The position numbers and the translations under genes are program-made. Source: the human T2T-CHM13v2.0 reference genome, Homo sapiens. Taken from it: a stretch of DNA of 64,000 bases. The notes beneath the pieces were generated by a model. The model was not told the origin of the DNA and did not search any database. It was given only the letters and a program-made list of their open reading frames with translations. The stretch lies in NCBI RefSeq assembly GCF_009914755.1, contig NC_060926.1; one strand, 5' to 3'. Below, piece by piece: positions 13,640 to 30,930 of the stretch. How positions within the stretch are numbered: the stretch's first letter is position 1; each line of letters begins with the position of its first letter.

Positions 13640-14200
13640 GGATGTTAAGTAGGCTGTTTGGACTTGACTTTGGAGCCTGTGAGAAAGATCTGAGCAGTTG
13701 TAGGTTGGGAACAATTAGCATATACTTGGTAATTTTAGCCATTGAGTGGATATAATTAAGCAGAAAGGGTATAAGGAATGAGAAGGAAAATTGCTCCAGC
13801 CCAAATCATAAGGAATATTAGTAATTAAGTGACAGTAGAGGAAGCAGAGCCTATAAAGGAGCCTGAGAAGCCATGGCCAGAGAGAGTTGGTGGAAAACTA
13901 GGAGAATGGTGTCATGGAAACCAATGAAGGAGAGCATTTTAAGTTGGAGGAAAGAGACGGCAGTATAAAATGCTATTGAGAGAATCAATAAAATAAGGAC
14001 TGAAAAGTGACCTTTAGATTTAGTAATAGGTAAGTCATTTCAATAGAGGAATATGGGCTGAAGCCAGTCTTAAGTGAGTTGAGGAGTGATTCTGAAATGA
14101 GAGACCTCAGCAAATGTAGATGGTTGTAAAGGGGAGGAGGTGAGTGGGTGGGGCCAAGAGAGATTTTAGTTCAGATGGGGTGGGAGAGATTCAAAATAAT
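13640..14200. mobile_element. L2-like fragment
   Basis: Purine-rich sequence with motifs such as ggtgtcatggaaaccaatgaaggagagcatttt and ataaggactgaaaagtgacctttagattt. Confidence 0.6.
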
Positions 14201-15031
14201 AGAGGGATAATCAGCAGAGCAGTCTTCACAGGATGGCTTAAGGCAATATGACCCTGAGCCTGCCTTTTTAATGAGGGAAGGAGAAGCATGTATATATGTA
14301 TTTTATGAGAAAGAGATTGATGTTTTCTTATGCTGTCTTCTGTTTTTTCCCTGTGAAGTTAGAGACCAGGCTATTCACAAAGAGTGGAATATAGGACATG
14401 ATGTATTCCAAATTAGTAGAATGGAGAAGGCTCAAAATAGACACTTTGGAGAATGAGGGAGAGAGAGTTGGCTGTGAACATATAAAAAGATTTTTGGACT
14501 GCATTGAGAATCTAGTACAGGATTGAGACCATGAATTTGCAATGGGGCCACTTTTCACGGTGTGTGATTTTTTTTTTTTTTTCTCCAGTGGTACTTAGCT
14601 GAGTAGCATGGGACCAGGGAAGGTGATCAGTGTGCTAATCTAGACCTCGTTCTTTCAGCCCAAGGTGATAGACAACAAGATGAGGGAGTGGAGGGTATAG
14701 GTAAAATAGTGGACTATGATGTGGAAGCAGAGCATGGAATTTAAGCTGGATCGGGAACTAAATCTGCATAGTGCTGATCCATTTTGGACCCTAAATTCTC
14801 TTGCATCATCACAGTGGACTCTTACTATAGTGTCATATCATTTAAAATCAAGATATAATTTCTGTGCAAGTTTACTTGCTATACTAGTCTAGCTACTGTA
14901 ATCCAGATTGTCCTTAGGTACCCCTGTATTCCTGAAAACCACTTGGTTAAACCACAGTGTCAGCCAATAGGAATATAATTTGCAGAATTTGTGACTTTTC
15001 AAGAGCATTAAAGTCTGGCATTTTGATACAG

Positions 15032-15190
15032 TGTGAAACTGCAGCACAACAGAAATTTGCTGAAGAACTTCAAAAGCGAGAACGTTTTTTACTTGAAAGA
15101 GAACAACTGCTTTTCAGACATGAAAATGCCTTGAGTAAAATTAAAGGTGTTGAAGAAGAGGTTCTTACAAGATTTCAAATTATAAAAGAG
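15032..15190 (+). CDS. CCDC138: CCDC138 coding exon 6 (coiled coil)
   Basis: ttttgatacag| acceptor; CETAAQQKFAEELQKRERFLLEREQLL...FQIIKE; donor GAG|gtaact; 159 nt. Confidence 0.92.
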
Positions 15191-15258
15191 GTAACTATAT
15201 AGCCTTTGATTTTAGAGTGGTATATTTCTTCTTTTCTTCTTAGATTCACTAGTTACTA

Positions 15259-15414
15259 ACATTTTGTCACATTTGCTTATTTCTCCTTCCCTTCCTCCTC
15301 CTCTCCACGCCTACACACACACACACACACACACACACACTTTTTCTGATCCATTTGAAAGCACATTTTGGCACATTTGCTTATTTCTCCTTCCCTTCCT
15401 CCTCCTCTCCACAC

Positions 15415-15460
<46 letters not shown>

Positions 15461-15482
15461 TTTTTCTGATCCATTTGAAAGC
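15259..15482. repeat. Tandem duplication (104 + 120 bp), each copy with a (CA)n microsatellite
   Basis: acattttg(t/g)cacatttgcttatttctccttcccttcctcctcctctccac..(CA)n..tttttctgatccatttgaaagc occurs twice head-to-tail. Confidence 0.95.
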
Positions 15483-16864
15483 AGTTTGTAAAAATCATGA
15501 TTCTGTCCCTAAATACCTCAGTATGTATCTCCTAAGAATAAAGACATTCTCCAGACCATTAGCGCATATCAGGAAATTAATGCTAACTAAATAACTTATT
15601 TATAGTCCATGTTTACTTTCTCAGTTGGTCTTCAGTATGTCTTTTATTGTTTGTGGGGCGGGGGGGTTGTTTGTTTGATCAAGCAACTAGACAAGATTCA
15701 TGCGTTATATTTGGTTGTTATATCTTTTTGGTTTCTTTGAATCTAGAGCACTCAACCTCACCATCTTTGAAGAATTCAGGCCAGCATTCTTATATGTCAC
15801 ATTGTGGATTTGCCTGATTGCTTCGTAACGATAATATGTAGACAAAATATTTTTGGCAAGGATATTGTATAGGTGGTATAATATACCTTGCTTCATATCA
15901 AGATATATATTACTGTACATATAACTTACTTGGAGTAAAATTCATTGTTGTACATTTCTATGAGTTTTGAAAAATGCATTCAGTTTTGTAATCACAACCA
16001 TCAACAAGATCAAGAGTAGTTCAGCTCGCCAGCAGTTCCCTTACGCTCTCTTGTAGCTATCCCTTTCCTCCAGCCTCAGCCCTTGGCAACCACTGACCTA
16101 TTTTCTGTCCCAGTACATCTGCCTTTTCCAGAATGTCATGTTAATAGCATCATTTTATGATTTTTCTTTATCTTTGGTTTTCAGTAGCAGTTTATTTACA
16201 GTGTTTCTTGACATGCTTTTCTTTCAGTTTGTTCTGTTTGTGGTTAACTGAGCTTCTTCAATTTGGAAATTTCTGTCTTTGGCCAAATTTGGGGAATCTT
16301 CAGCCAATATTTCATCAAATATTTTTTCCACTTTCTTTCTTGTCTTCTCTTGGATCTCCAGTGACTCCTTGTGCTATTTCCCCACAGATTTCTGAGGCTC
16401 CATTCCTTTTTTTCCCATTATTTTCTTCAGTGTTCTTCAGATAGTTTCTTGATCCATCTTAAAGTTCATTATTTCTTTTTTAATCTCCATGTTGCTATTG
16501 AGCCCATCTAGTGAAATTTTTATTTTTGATATTTAAAAATTCTAAAATTTCAAGTTGTTTAAAAAATTTATTTTTGTTTTTCTCATAAGCATTTCTGTCT
16601 TTATATTTACATCTATATATATTTACTTTTACCTCATGGAGCATAGTTTAAAAACTATGTATCACCTGTATCATCTCAAGATAGGGATCTGTTGATTATC
16701 TTTTTTCTTGAGGCTTAGTCACATTGTTTGGTTCTTTGTATGTTCAGTGATTTTTAGGGTATATTCAAGACCTTCTGGTTAATGCATAGATTTTGGGTTC
16801 TATTGTTACCTTCTGGAGAATATTATTGATTTTAAAGCATTCAGCAATTAGATTTAGGCCTCAC

Positions 16865-17160
<296 letters not shown>

Positions 17161-17210
17161 AGGCCTCAGTTTTTTCTCACCTCCTCTGGGCAGTGGTTCT
17201 CATCTCAGTT

Positions 17211-19765
<2,555 letters not shown>

Positions 19766-20045
19766 TTAGGTAATAGTTTTAAACTGAGCTCCATTCTCCA
19801 AGCGTTTGCTCTACTGCTTTTGGTCTGTCCTGTGCCCGCCTGAGCGGCTCAAAGTTGAGCCCAATTTGTACAGGTTCGTAAACACCAGAGTGAGAGGATC
19901 CTCTGTTTGAGTCTCTCTTCTGCGGGATTCTCCCCACACTCTGGCTCATAGAGGCCCCTCTTCCTGATTATCTTGCCAGGAAGACTGGTTTTCTCTCATT
20001 CTTTAGTGGACATTTTTTAGAGCTTTAGTGGAAATTAAAAAAAAA

Positions 20046-20208
20046 TTTTTTTTTAATTGTTTTAGAGACAGAGTCTTGCTGTGTTGCCCAGGCTGGAGCG
20101 CAGTGGCTATGCACAGACGTCATCATAGCTCACTGCACCCTCAAGTCATCTTCCTCCCTCAGCCTCCTGAGTGCCTGGGACTACAGATGTGCACCACTGT
20201 GCCCAGCT
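20046..20208 (-). mobile_element. Alu monomer (FRAM or AluJ right arm)
   Basis: Single arm flanked by tagtggaa repeats. Confidence 0.8.
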
Positions 20209-21492
20209 AGTGGAAGTTTTTGTTCTACTTCTCCATGTCTGGGACCCACCCTGAGGCAAAATGTTGAGAGAAGAGCAAAAACAAAAATGCAGGAAACTTT
20301 ACCCTTGAGGGTTGCTTCTACAAGTTTTCTCTCCCATCACAATGTCCTCCCCTTTTTTCTTTTCACAGTTGTCAGTTAGTTGTTTTATGGTTTATTTAGG
20401 GCTTTTAGCTATAATCAGTGGGAGAAGAGTGTATTGAGCTTATCCTGCTGTGCTAGAAATGGAATGCATATGTTTTTAGTATCTTTTAGATATGGAAAAA
20501 GTTGGACAATGAAAATATTAGTTTTAAAAATAACTGTATTTGTGACTATATCCTAAGTTATTTAAGGAATCAATATAGTAATAAAGTCATACAAAGATTA
20601 ACTTCTTAGAATATTGGATTTTTTTCACAGGGCTAAAGAATGCTTAGATTCTCTGATCTCTCCATTTTTGTCTTATTCTTGATTCTCTTTAGATTTGTGT
20701 ATCTATTTTTATTAAGTATAAGGATAACTGCCTTATTTTCATCGTATTTATATCACTACTTGGAAGAAGGGAATTAATTCAATTTTTTGATTTCCTGTAG
20801 AAACTTGTTTTAAAGCTTTATAAGTAAGTTGAAAGTGAAAGGTGAAACTATTAAGTATTCACATTTAAAATCTAAAACATGCTATCCCATTTAAATGTAA
20901 TTAGAGGGGAAGTTGATTTGAATTATTTATAGAACTGATTAAGAAGAGTCAAATAGTTTGGGGCTAAGAAATTTTATTATGTATCTAACATATTTTGAGA
21001 TGAAAAGCAGGCATCAAAAATTTTAGCTGCTTTATGAGGACAAGAAATTAGTTGGTTTTATGAAAGATTTCTTTCATTTCTCAAAGGTAATGTAAATTAT
21101 ACACTTTATAAAGCCATAAATAGCTTATCTCTTGAAGAGTATCAGAAATTCTTTACTGTTTTATTATTCCATGATGTCAAAGAAAATATTTCCATGAGTT
21201 TGTGTGAGTGGATTTTTCTGAGCAGAAGCAGAAAATAGACTCATTGCTACTTTGTAAATGCTAATATGTTTTAATAAGTATGTTGTAAATGCCTTTGATG
21301 TTTTGTTGTTATCTTGGTAGATTGCATGGTTTTTATAAATTACTTGCCACACTAGTCACTTGTGCTTGCATACACTGATTAAAGTTTTTGTGATTGAAGG
21401 AGTTCTTACTTGTAATTAATTCACGTTCCATAGTATTAGTGATATACAGTCCTTACAAGTTTTAGATGAGAGTTTTTTTTTTCTCCTCCTAG

Positions 21493-21612
21493 CAGCATGA
21501 TGCAGAAGTTGAACACTTAACCGAAGTTCTTAAGGAAAAGAATAAAGAAACCAAGAGACTGAGGTCCTCTTTTGATGCATTGAAAGAATTGAATGATACC
21601 TTAAAAAAACAG
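21493..21612 (+). CDS. CCDC138: CCDC138 coding exon 7 (coiled coil)
   Basis: ttctcctcctag|cag acceptor; QHDAEVEHLTEVLKEKNKETKRLRSSFDALKELNDTLKKQ; donor CAG|gtaaga; 120 nt. Confidence 0.92.
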
Positions 21613-22047
21613 GTAAGACCTGTTTTAATATATACTGAACATAAGACATTCTAAGAAGTATATTTTATATATAACAAATTAAAGTCAGCCTTAGAACACG
21701 TTTCAGCTAGAGAAAATTTGGATTACATTTGTTAGCTTTATTTTAAAATACTTCCAAATGTAAATAAAATATTCTTTAGCTCTTTGGTCTCTTCTCTTTA
21801 TTTGTTCTGGCAACCAACTGACAAACAAAAGAAAAAAACCTGATAACCTGAGAACTGATTACATTTTTAGGTACTGATCTCTGGCTTTAATACTTATTAT
21901 TTATCACTACTTATTTAACATTCATTTATTTTTGAGTATCTATTATATCCTAGGCATCATGCTAGACTCAGACCTTCACATTGCTCATGTTCTCATGGTT
22001 ATAAACTGGTATCACATTGCAGTATACTTATTTATATAAGTATTGCA

Positions 22048-22349
<302 letters not shown>

Positions 22350-23104
22350 TTAGATTAATATATAATACCAGAGTTGCATAACATAAATAGTTTTGTGAGT
22401 TATGTCTATTTTTTTCCTTCCATCTGCCAGTTTTTGGCAGAAAGATGTGAAAGTAAAGGAGTATGTTAAAGAGAGACAAGAGAATGATTATGTATATATT
22501 AGATTGTGTGGGGAGTAGATGTTGGAGCAGAAATTGGAGTAAACCCCGTCACTTTGAAAATGAAAGCATTGGGCTGGGAATCTGTATGGATTATGTAACT
22601 TAAGCCTCAGACTCTCCTAGATCCTTTGCCAGCTGTCCTTTTCTGTTTCTGCTTTTGTTTCCCTTTAATCTCTACTTGTTGTGATCCTCCTCCTTGGCAG
22701 TGATACATAGGTACCCTTTTTCTCACCTGATCTAATTCTTTAGCTTCCTCATTTCATTTATGGCTGTTACTATTAGACTTATGAATTTGACAGCCTGTTG
22801 TCTGTTTGGAATCCCACTTTATCCATGGAGAGATTGCTCTTTCTCATTACAGTCTCATTCTACCACTCTCTTGTGAGGATTTTAAAAATTCCTAGCATAG
22901 ATAAACTGTTGCCCATACCTATCTCTTAGGTTTCTGTAATCCTTAATAATTTTGCATGTAGTTGCATGAGTGTGTGGTAATTGGGGTGGATATGTGGATT
23001 ATTAAATATTTGGACCTATTGATAATTGGATTTATGAGCTAATGTGTACAAACTGAAAAAATTTGGCAGAATGCTTTTTTATGGTTTCTGTGTTAAGATT
23101 AGAT

Positions 23105-23306
23105 CAGAGGTCAGCACGCTTTTTCTGTTAAGGACTAGATAGTAAGTACTTTGGGCTTTGTAGGCCATGTGGTCTCTCTTTCAGTGACCCAGCTCTGCCA
23201 TCGTAATGCGAAAACAGCCATAGGCAATAAGTAACGAGCGTGGCTGTGTTCCAAAACGACTGTATTCATAAAAACAAGCAATGGGCATATTTAGCCAGCT
23301 CCTGGC
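23105..23306. mobile_element. MER58A hAT-Charlie MITE
   Basis: cagaggtcagcacgctttttctgttaaggactagatagtaagtactttgggctttgtaggcc...gtggctgtgttccaa. Confidence 0.8.
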
Positions 23307-24176
23307 TAGATGAATAACATGTACTTTGAAATTGCTGAAGAAAAAGATATGTTATTTCTGTGACTGACTTACATAGTAATTTATGCTAACACTGGATATA
23401 CATTTTCTAATAATTTAAAAGCATTTCTCATTAAGTCTAGCCAAGCTGAGGAGGCAAGGATTAATGTTCAAGCTTCATCATAGGGAGATAGTCCCAGTGA
23501 ACACCCCAGGATCTCAGTTGAAAGGAGCAGCATTGTGCCTTGGGACTGGGTGAATTAGAGGGAGACAGAACTTTCCTAAACTGAAACCTGGCCTTGATTA
23601 AGTGCAGTTCCTGATCAGATTAAGGTGCTTACTCCTCAGTTTAAATGCCTAGCAGAGGAAAATATGTCTTTCATTCTATACAAAATTAATAAGCATGTCA
23701 AAAGACAGAATTGCATAACTGAGAATGAAGAAAAAAACCCCAGAGAATATAAGCATACTTGCGAGTGATCCAGATATTGGAATTTAACAGGCAATGACTT
23801 TAAAATAATGATTAATATGTTCAAGAAAGTAGAAAAATAGATTGACAACTTCATTAGAGAATTCCTAGCATAGGTCCATTTTTGCCTATATAATAAGTCT
23901 ATGGAAAGGAATTAAATTGAAATTTGAAAACTAAAAAATACATCAATTGAATTTAAGAACTCCATTGAATGGGGTTTTAAAATTATTTTTAATTGACATA
24001 ATTATGCATAATTATGGGGTACAGTGATATTTGATACAGTAATGTGTAATGATCACAGTAATTAGCTAATCCATCAGCTCAAACATTTATCATCTCTTTG
24101 TATTGGAAATATTCAAAATCCTCTCTTTATCTATGTGAAAATATACCATAAATTGTTGATTGTAGTTACCCTGTAG

Positions 24177-24647
<471 letters not shown>

Positions 24648-26050
24648 TGAGTAAGAACATGTGGTATTTATCATTCTGTACTTGGCTTATTTCACTTAAC
24701 ATAAGTGTGTGGTAAGGTCTTTCAGGTTCATCCATGTTGCTGCAAATGACAAGATTTTGTTCTTTTTCATAGCTGAACAGTATTTCATTGTGTATGTATA
24801 AAGAAAATGTGGTTATAAAGAAAATGTATAACCACATTTTCTTCATAAATTTATCTATCGATGGACACATAGGTTGGCTACTTTCCATACTTTGGCTATT
24901 GCAAATACTGCTGCAGTAAACATGGGAGTGCAGATATCTCTTCAATATACTGATTTTCTCTCCTGTGAATATATACCCAGAAGTGGTATTGCAGGATCAT
25001 ATGGTAGTTGTGTTTTCGTTTTTTTGGGAACCTGAATACTTGTGTTTTTCGTAATGGCTGTGCTAATTTATATCCCCACCAACAATGTAAAAGAGTTTCC
25101 CTTCTCCACATCCTCACCAACGTTTATTACTTTTTGTCTTTTTCATAGCCTTTCTAACTGGGATGAGATTGATACCTGATCATGGTTTCGATTTGCATTA
25201 ACCTGATGATTAGTGATATTGAGCATTTTTTCATATACCTGTTGGCTGTTTGTATGCCTTTGTTTGAGAAATGTCTAGTCAGATTATTTACCCATTTTTT
25301 ATTTGGATTATTATTTTTTTGCTGTTGAGTTCCTTGTATTGTCTGGATTTTCACCCTAGTTGGATGAATAGTTTGCATATATTTTCTCCTATTCTGCAGG
25401 TTGTATCATTATTCTTTTTATTGTTTCCAATCTCATTTGTCTGTTTTTGCTTTTGTTGCTTGTGCTTTTGAGGTCTTATCCATAGTATCTTTGCCCAGGC
25501 GATTGTCGTGAACTATTTCCCATTTTTTCCTCTAGTAGTTGCATAGTTTTGGGTCTTATATTTCAAAGTCTTTAATCCATTTTGGGTTGATTTTTGTCTG
25601 TGATGGGAGATGGGGGTCTAGTTTTATTCTTAGGCATATGGATATCCATTTCCTGCATGATTTGTTGAGGAGACTGTCATCTCCCTTATTAATGTTGTTG
25701 GCACCTTTGTAGAAAATCAGTTGGCTGTAAATGTGTGGATTTATTTCTGAGTTCTCTATGCTGTTCCATTAGTCTATGTGTCTGTTTTTATGCCAATACT
25801 ATGCTGTTCTGGTTACTACAGTTTTGTAGTATATTTTGAGTTTAGGTAGTGTAATGCCTCCAGTTTTGTTGTTTTCGCACAGGATCGCTTTCGCTTATTT
25901 GGGGTCTTTCATGATTTCATACACAGTTTAGAATTTTTTTCTATTTCTGTGAAGGATGTTGTTGGTATTTTAATAAACATTATGTTGAATCTGTAGATGA
26001 CTTTGGTTATTTTGACAGTATTAATTGTTCCAGTCCATGAACATGAAATG

Positions 26051-26051
<1 letters not shown>

Positions 26052-26089
<38 letters not shown>
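26052..26089. repeat. (GT)n microsatellite
   Basis: Uninterrupted TG run. Confidence 0.95.
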
Positions 26090-26090
<1 letters not shown>

Positions 26091-26384
26091 TCTTCAGTTT
26101 CATTCATCAGTGTTTTATAGTTTTCATCGTGGAAATCTTTCACTTCCTTGGTTAAATTTATTCCCAGCTATTTTATTTTATTTTTGTAGCCATTGTAAAC
26201 AGGATAGATTTCTTTCTTTCTTTTTCAGTTAGTTTGTTGTTAGTGTTTGGAAATGCTACTGATTTTTGTATGTTGATTTTGTGTCCTTCAACTTTACCAA
26301 ATTTATCAGTTCTGAGAAATTTTTGGTGGAGTCTTTCGGTTTCTTTGCATTGAAGATCATGTCATCCAAAGAAGGACAATTTGA

Positions 26385-26621
<237 letters not shown>

Positions 26622-27685
26622 TGAACTCCTGGCCTCAGGTGATCCGCCTGCCTCGGCCTCCCATATTGCTGAGATTACAGGCATGAGTCACCACACCCAG
26701 CCTGTTATTTCCAATTTGGATGTCTTTTATTTCTTTTTCTTGCTTAATTACTCTGGCTAGTACTTCTAGTACCATGTTCAACAAGAGTGGTGAGAATGAG
26801 CATCCTTGTCTTGTTCTAGTTCTTAGAGGAAAAATTTTCAGCTTTTCCCTGTTCAGTATGATGTTAATTGTGTGTTTGTTATATATAGCTTTTAATGTGT
26901 TGAAGTACATTCCTTCTGTACCTAATTTTTTGAGAGTTTTTACTGTGAAGAGATGTTGTTGAATTTTATCAAATACTTTTTCTGTGTCTATTGAAATGAT
27001 CGTAAGGTAATTATATTTCATTCTGTTATACTCTTCATTCTGTTAAAACGTGATTATCACATTTTTTTATTTGCATATTTGAGCCTTCCTGTGTCCCTGG
27101 GATAAATCTCACTTGGTTATGGTATATTATCTTTTTGGTGTGTTGTTGAATTTGGTTTGCTAATATTTTGTTGAGGATTTTTGCATCTATGTTCATCAGG
27201 AATATTGGCCTGGAGTTTTCTTGTTGTGTCTTGGTTTGGTTTTGGTATCATGGTAGTGCTGGCTTTGTACAATGAGTTTGGAAGAATTCTCTACCCTTCA
27301 GTTTTTTGGGATAGTTTGAGAATTGGTATTTGTTCTTTAAAAGTTTTAATTCAGCAGTGAAGTCATTTAGTGAATTTAAAAGTACAGTTCAGCAGTGAAG
27401 CCATTTAGTTCGGGCTTTTCTTTGTTGGGAAACTTTTTACTACAATTCAATCTTGTTACTTATGATTGGTCTGTTCTAGTTTTCTGTTTCTTCTTGGTTC
27501 AGTCTTACGTTATATGTGCCTAGGAGTTTATCCATTTCCTCTAGGTTTTCCGGTTTGTTGGCATATAGTTGTTTCATAATGATCTCTGTAGTCTCTAGTG
27601 ATCCTTGTATTTCTGTGGTACTGCTTGTAATGTCTCCCTTTTTGTTTCCGATTTTTCCGATTTTATCTGTTTGGGTCTTTTCTCC

Positions 27686-27857
27686 TTTTTTCTTTTCTTT
27701 TCTTTTTTCTTTCCTTCTTCCCTTCTTCCCCTCCCTCTGCCTTCCCTACCCCCCTAACCCTGCCTTCCTTTTCTGTTTCCTTCCCTTCCTTCCCTTGCTA
27801 CTATTTCTTCTCTCCCTTTTCTTTCTTTCTCTCTCTTTTTTTTTTTTTTTTTTTTTG
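27686..27857. repeat. CT-rich low-complexity tract (expanded Alu tail)
   Basis: About 170 bp of near-pure pyrimidine next to a reverse AluJ. Confidence 0.85.
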
Positions 27858-28214
27858 ACTGTCTCCCTCTGTCTCCCAGGCTGAAGTGCAGTGGCATGAC
27901 CACGGCTTACTACATGTAGCCTTAACCTCCAGGGCTTAAACCACGCTTCTGCTTCAGCCTCCTTAGTAGCTGGGACTGCAGGCATGCACCACCACCTCTA
28001 GTTAATTTTTTAATTTTGTTGTAGAGATGAGGTCTTATTGTGTTGCTGAGGCTGGTCTTGAACTGGGCTCAAGTGATCCTCCTGCCTCACCCTCCCAAAG
28101 TGCTGGGATTACAGGTGTGAGCTACTGCACTCAGCCTCTTCTTTTTTCTTAGTCTAGCTCATGGTTTGTTGGTTTTTTTATTTTTTCAAAAAGCCACTTT
28201 TCATTTTTTAAGAA

Positions 28215-28610
28215 AATTATTTTAGATTCAGAGGGTACATGTGCAGCTTTGTTACATGGATATATTGTGTAACAGTGAGGTCTGGGCTTCTAAAATGTAC
28301 TCTTCACTCAAATAGTGAACATTGTACCCAGTAGGTTAATTTTCAACCCCTACCCCTCTCCCCTCTTCCCTTTTGTAGTCCCTAGTATCTGTTATTTCCA
28401 TCTTTATGTCCATATGTGTGTACCCATTGTTTATCTTTGACTTATAAATGAGAACATACAGTATTTAATTTTCTGTTTCTAAGTTATTTCACTTAGGATT
28501 AATGACCTCCAGCTCCATCCATGTTGCTGCAGAAGACATGATTTCATTCTTTACTATGGCCACATAGTATTCTATTCATGGTGTATATATATCACAAATT
28601 TTATTGTAAG
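28215..28610 (-). mobile_element. L1PB/old L1PA 3' end
   Basis: tttagattcagagggtacatgtgcagctttgttacatgg...cctccagctccatccatgttgctgc. Confidence 0.8.
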
Positions 28611-29224
28611 ATACCATAAGTAATATAATAAAAAAATAATTGGATACCCAGGAATAAATCTAAAGAGAGATGTGCAAGACATCTCTACTTGAAAACTACA
28701 AAACATTATTAAAAGAAAATAAAACCTAAATAAATTGAAGATATGTTCATGGATAGGAAGACTCAATATTCTTCCTTTCCATATATAGGAAGTCAGTTCT
28801 TCCATATATATATACATATCAGTATATACACAGACACATATACACATAGTCCCAGTAATGCAATCCCAGTTATAGCTCATTGTACTGCATACTTAGGATT
28901 TTATACTTTTCTTTATATGTGTTATAGTTCAGATAACAGTGTACTTATTAATAAAAACATTTTCACTAAAATATATGTATATGCTTTTAAGACATCTGGA
29001 GTCTTGTACATTTTTCATAAAATGAAGTAAATGATCTTACAAACCATTAATATTTTAGGGAAAAACGACAACTTCAGTTGTGATCTAAGTTAATCATGAA
29101 TGCTGTCTCTGTTTTGTTACATTGGTTAGTAATATCAACCAGATTAGATAGTAGATTGGGAAACCCTTAGTATGAAACCAGTTGAAGGTGTATATTGAAA
29201 TATCTAACTTTTTCTACCCTTTAG

Positions 29225-29302
29225 TTAAATGAAGCAAGTGAAGAAAACAGGAAGATAGACATTCAGGCTAAAAGAGTTCAAGCACGTTTAGATAATTTAC
29301 AG
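29225..29302 (+). CDS. CCDC138: CCDC138 coding exon 8
   Basis: ttctaccctttag| acceptor; LNEASEENRKIDIQAKRVQARLDNLQ; donor CAG|gtaagt; 78 nt. Confidence 0.93.
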
Positions 29303-29413
29303 GTAAGTTGCCTGTTCTTCTCTACAGACAGAAGTATGTTTTTAGATGATTACCTTTGAGTTTACTCATTTAGATACAATTGTTCTTTAATTCACGCATA
29401 TATACTGTTGCAG

Positions 29414-29521
29414 AGGAAGTACGAGTTTATGACAATACAGAGATTGAAAGGAAGTTCCCATGCTGTTCATGAAATGAAAAGTTTAAAACAAGAAAAAGCA
29501 CCAGTTTCAAAAACTTACAAG
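29414..29521 (+). CDS. CCDC138: CCDC138 coding exon 9
   Basis: ctgttgcag| acceptor; RKYEFMTIQRLKGSSHAVHEMKSLKQEKAPVSKTYK; donor AAG|gtaagt; 108 nt. Confidence 0.93.
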
Positions 29522-29561
29522 GTAAGTTTGAATTATGATTTGATATGATTGAAAATTTCTC

Positions 29562-29931
<370 letters not shown>

Positions 29932-30214
29932 TTAGCAAACATTCTTTTTGGAATGTTTGCTATGGAAGGGATTCACCATAATAATTTTTTAATAGGGAAA
30001 TATCTCAAGAATATTTAAAATATACTTTCATTTGTGAAAACAAAACTATTATATTTCAGCAGTGTTTCAGGTACGTATCATTGACACATCATTAATGGCT
30101 TTATTGCTTAGTATGTTTTGACACTCCACAAGCATTTGCTATTATATTTCAGTCAAGACTACAACCCATCCCTGAATGGATTTCCATATGTCTTTTTTTC
30201 CCTAAGAATTTTTA

Positions 30215-30930
30215 AAATTTGAGATATAAATTACATATGGTAACATAATGCAGAAATCCTTTAGTGTAAAGTTTGATTAATTTTGATAAATATTTCATGT
30301 TGTCTATAACCAAATACAGAATACTTCCACTATCCTAGAATATAGAACTTTCCACTATCCTAGAAAGTTCTCTAATACCCTTTCCTGGTCATTCTTTTCT
30401 GCCAGAAGTTTTGCAGAAATTAGTTTTGCCTGTTTGAGACATTTGGTCAGTGGAATTGTATTGTGTGTACTTGTTTGTGTAAGGCTTTTCTCAGCATAAT
30501 TATGAGTGTATCAGTAGTTTGTTCCTTACTATTGCTCAATAGTATTTCATTGTATGACTGTATCAGAGTTTGTTCCTTCATTCTTCTGTTGATAGACACC
30601 TGGGCTTTTTCTAGTTTTTGTCTGCAATAAATAAAGCTGCTACGAATATTGGTGTACAGAGTTTTTATGGATGTATGTTTTCATTTCTTTTGGATATATA
30701 CCAGGACTACAATTTCTGGGTCATAAGGTCGATAAAGGTAGATGTATGTTTTTAAGAAACTGACAGTTTTCCAAATTGGTTGTACTGTTTTGTGTACAAA
30801 TGGGAGTGTAATGATACACTCCCATTAACAGTGTATCAAAGTTTTGGTTGCTCCACAACCTTGTCAACATTTGGTGTTTTCAGTTTTCTTCATTTTGACC
30901 CTTCCAGTGGGTGTGTAGTAGTATCTTATT
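30215..30930 (-). mobile_element. Old L1M 3' fragment
   Basis: aataaagctgctacgaatatt...gttttcatttcttttggatatatacc...tttccaaattggttgtac. Confidence 0.7.

Noticed and set aside
29303-29413. 111-nt intron 8 retained in frame
   Set aside because: Its length is a multiple of 3, but it contains an in-frame TGA (gat tac ctt tga).
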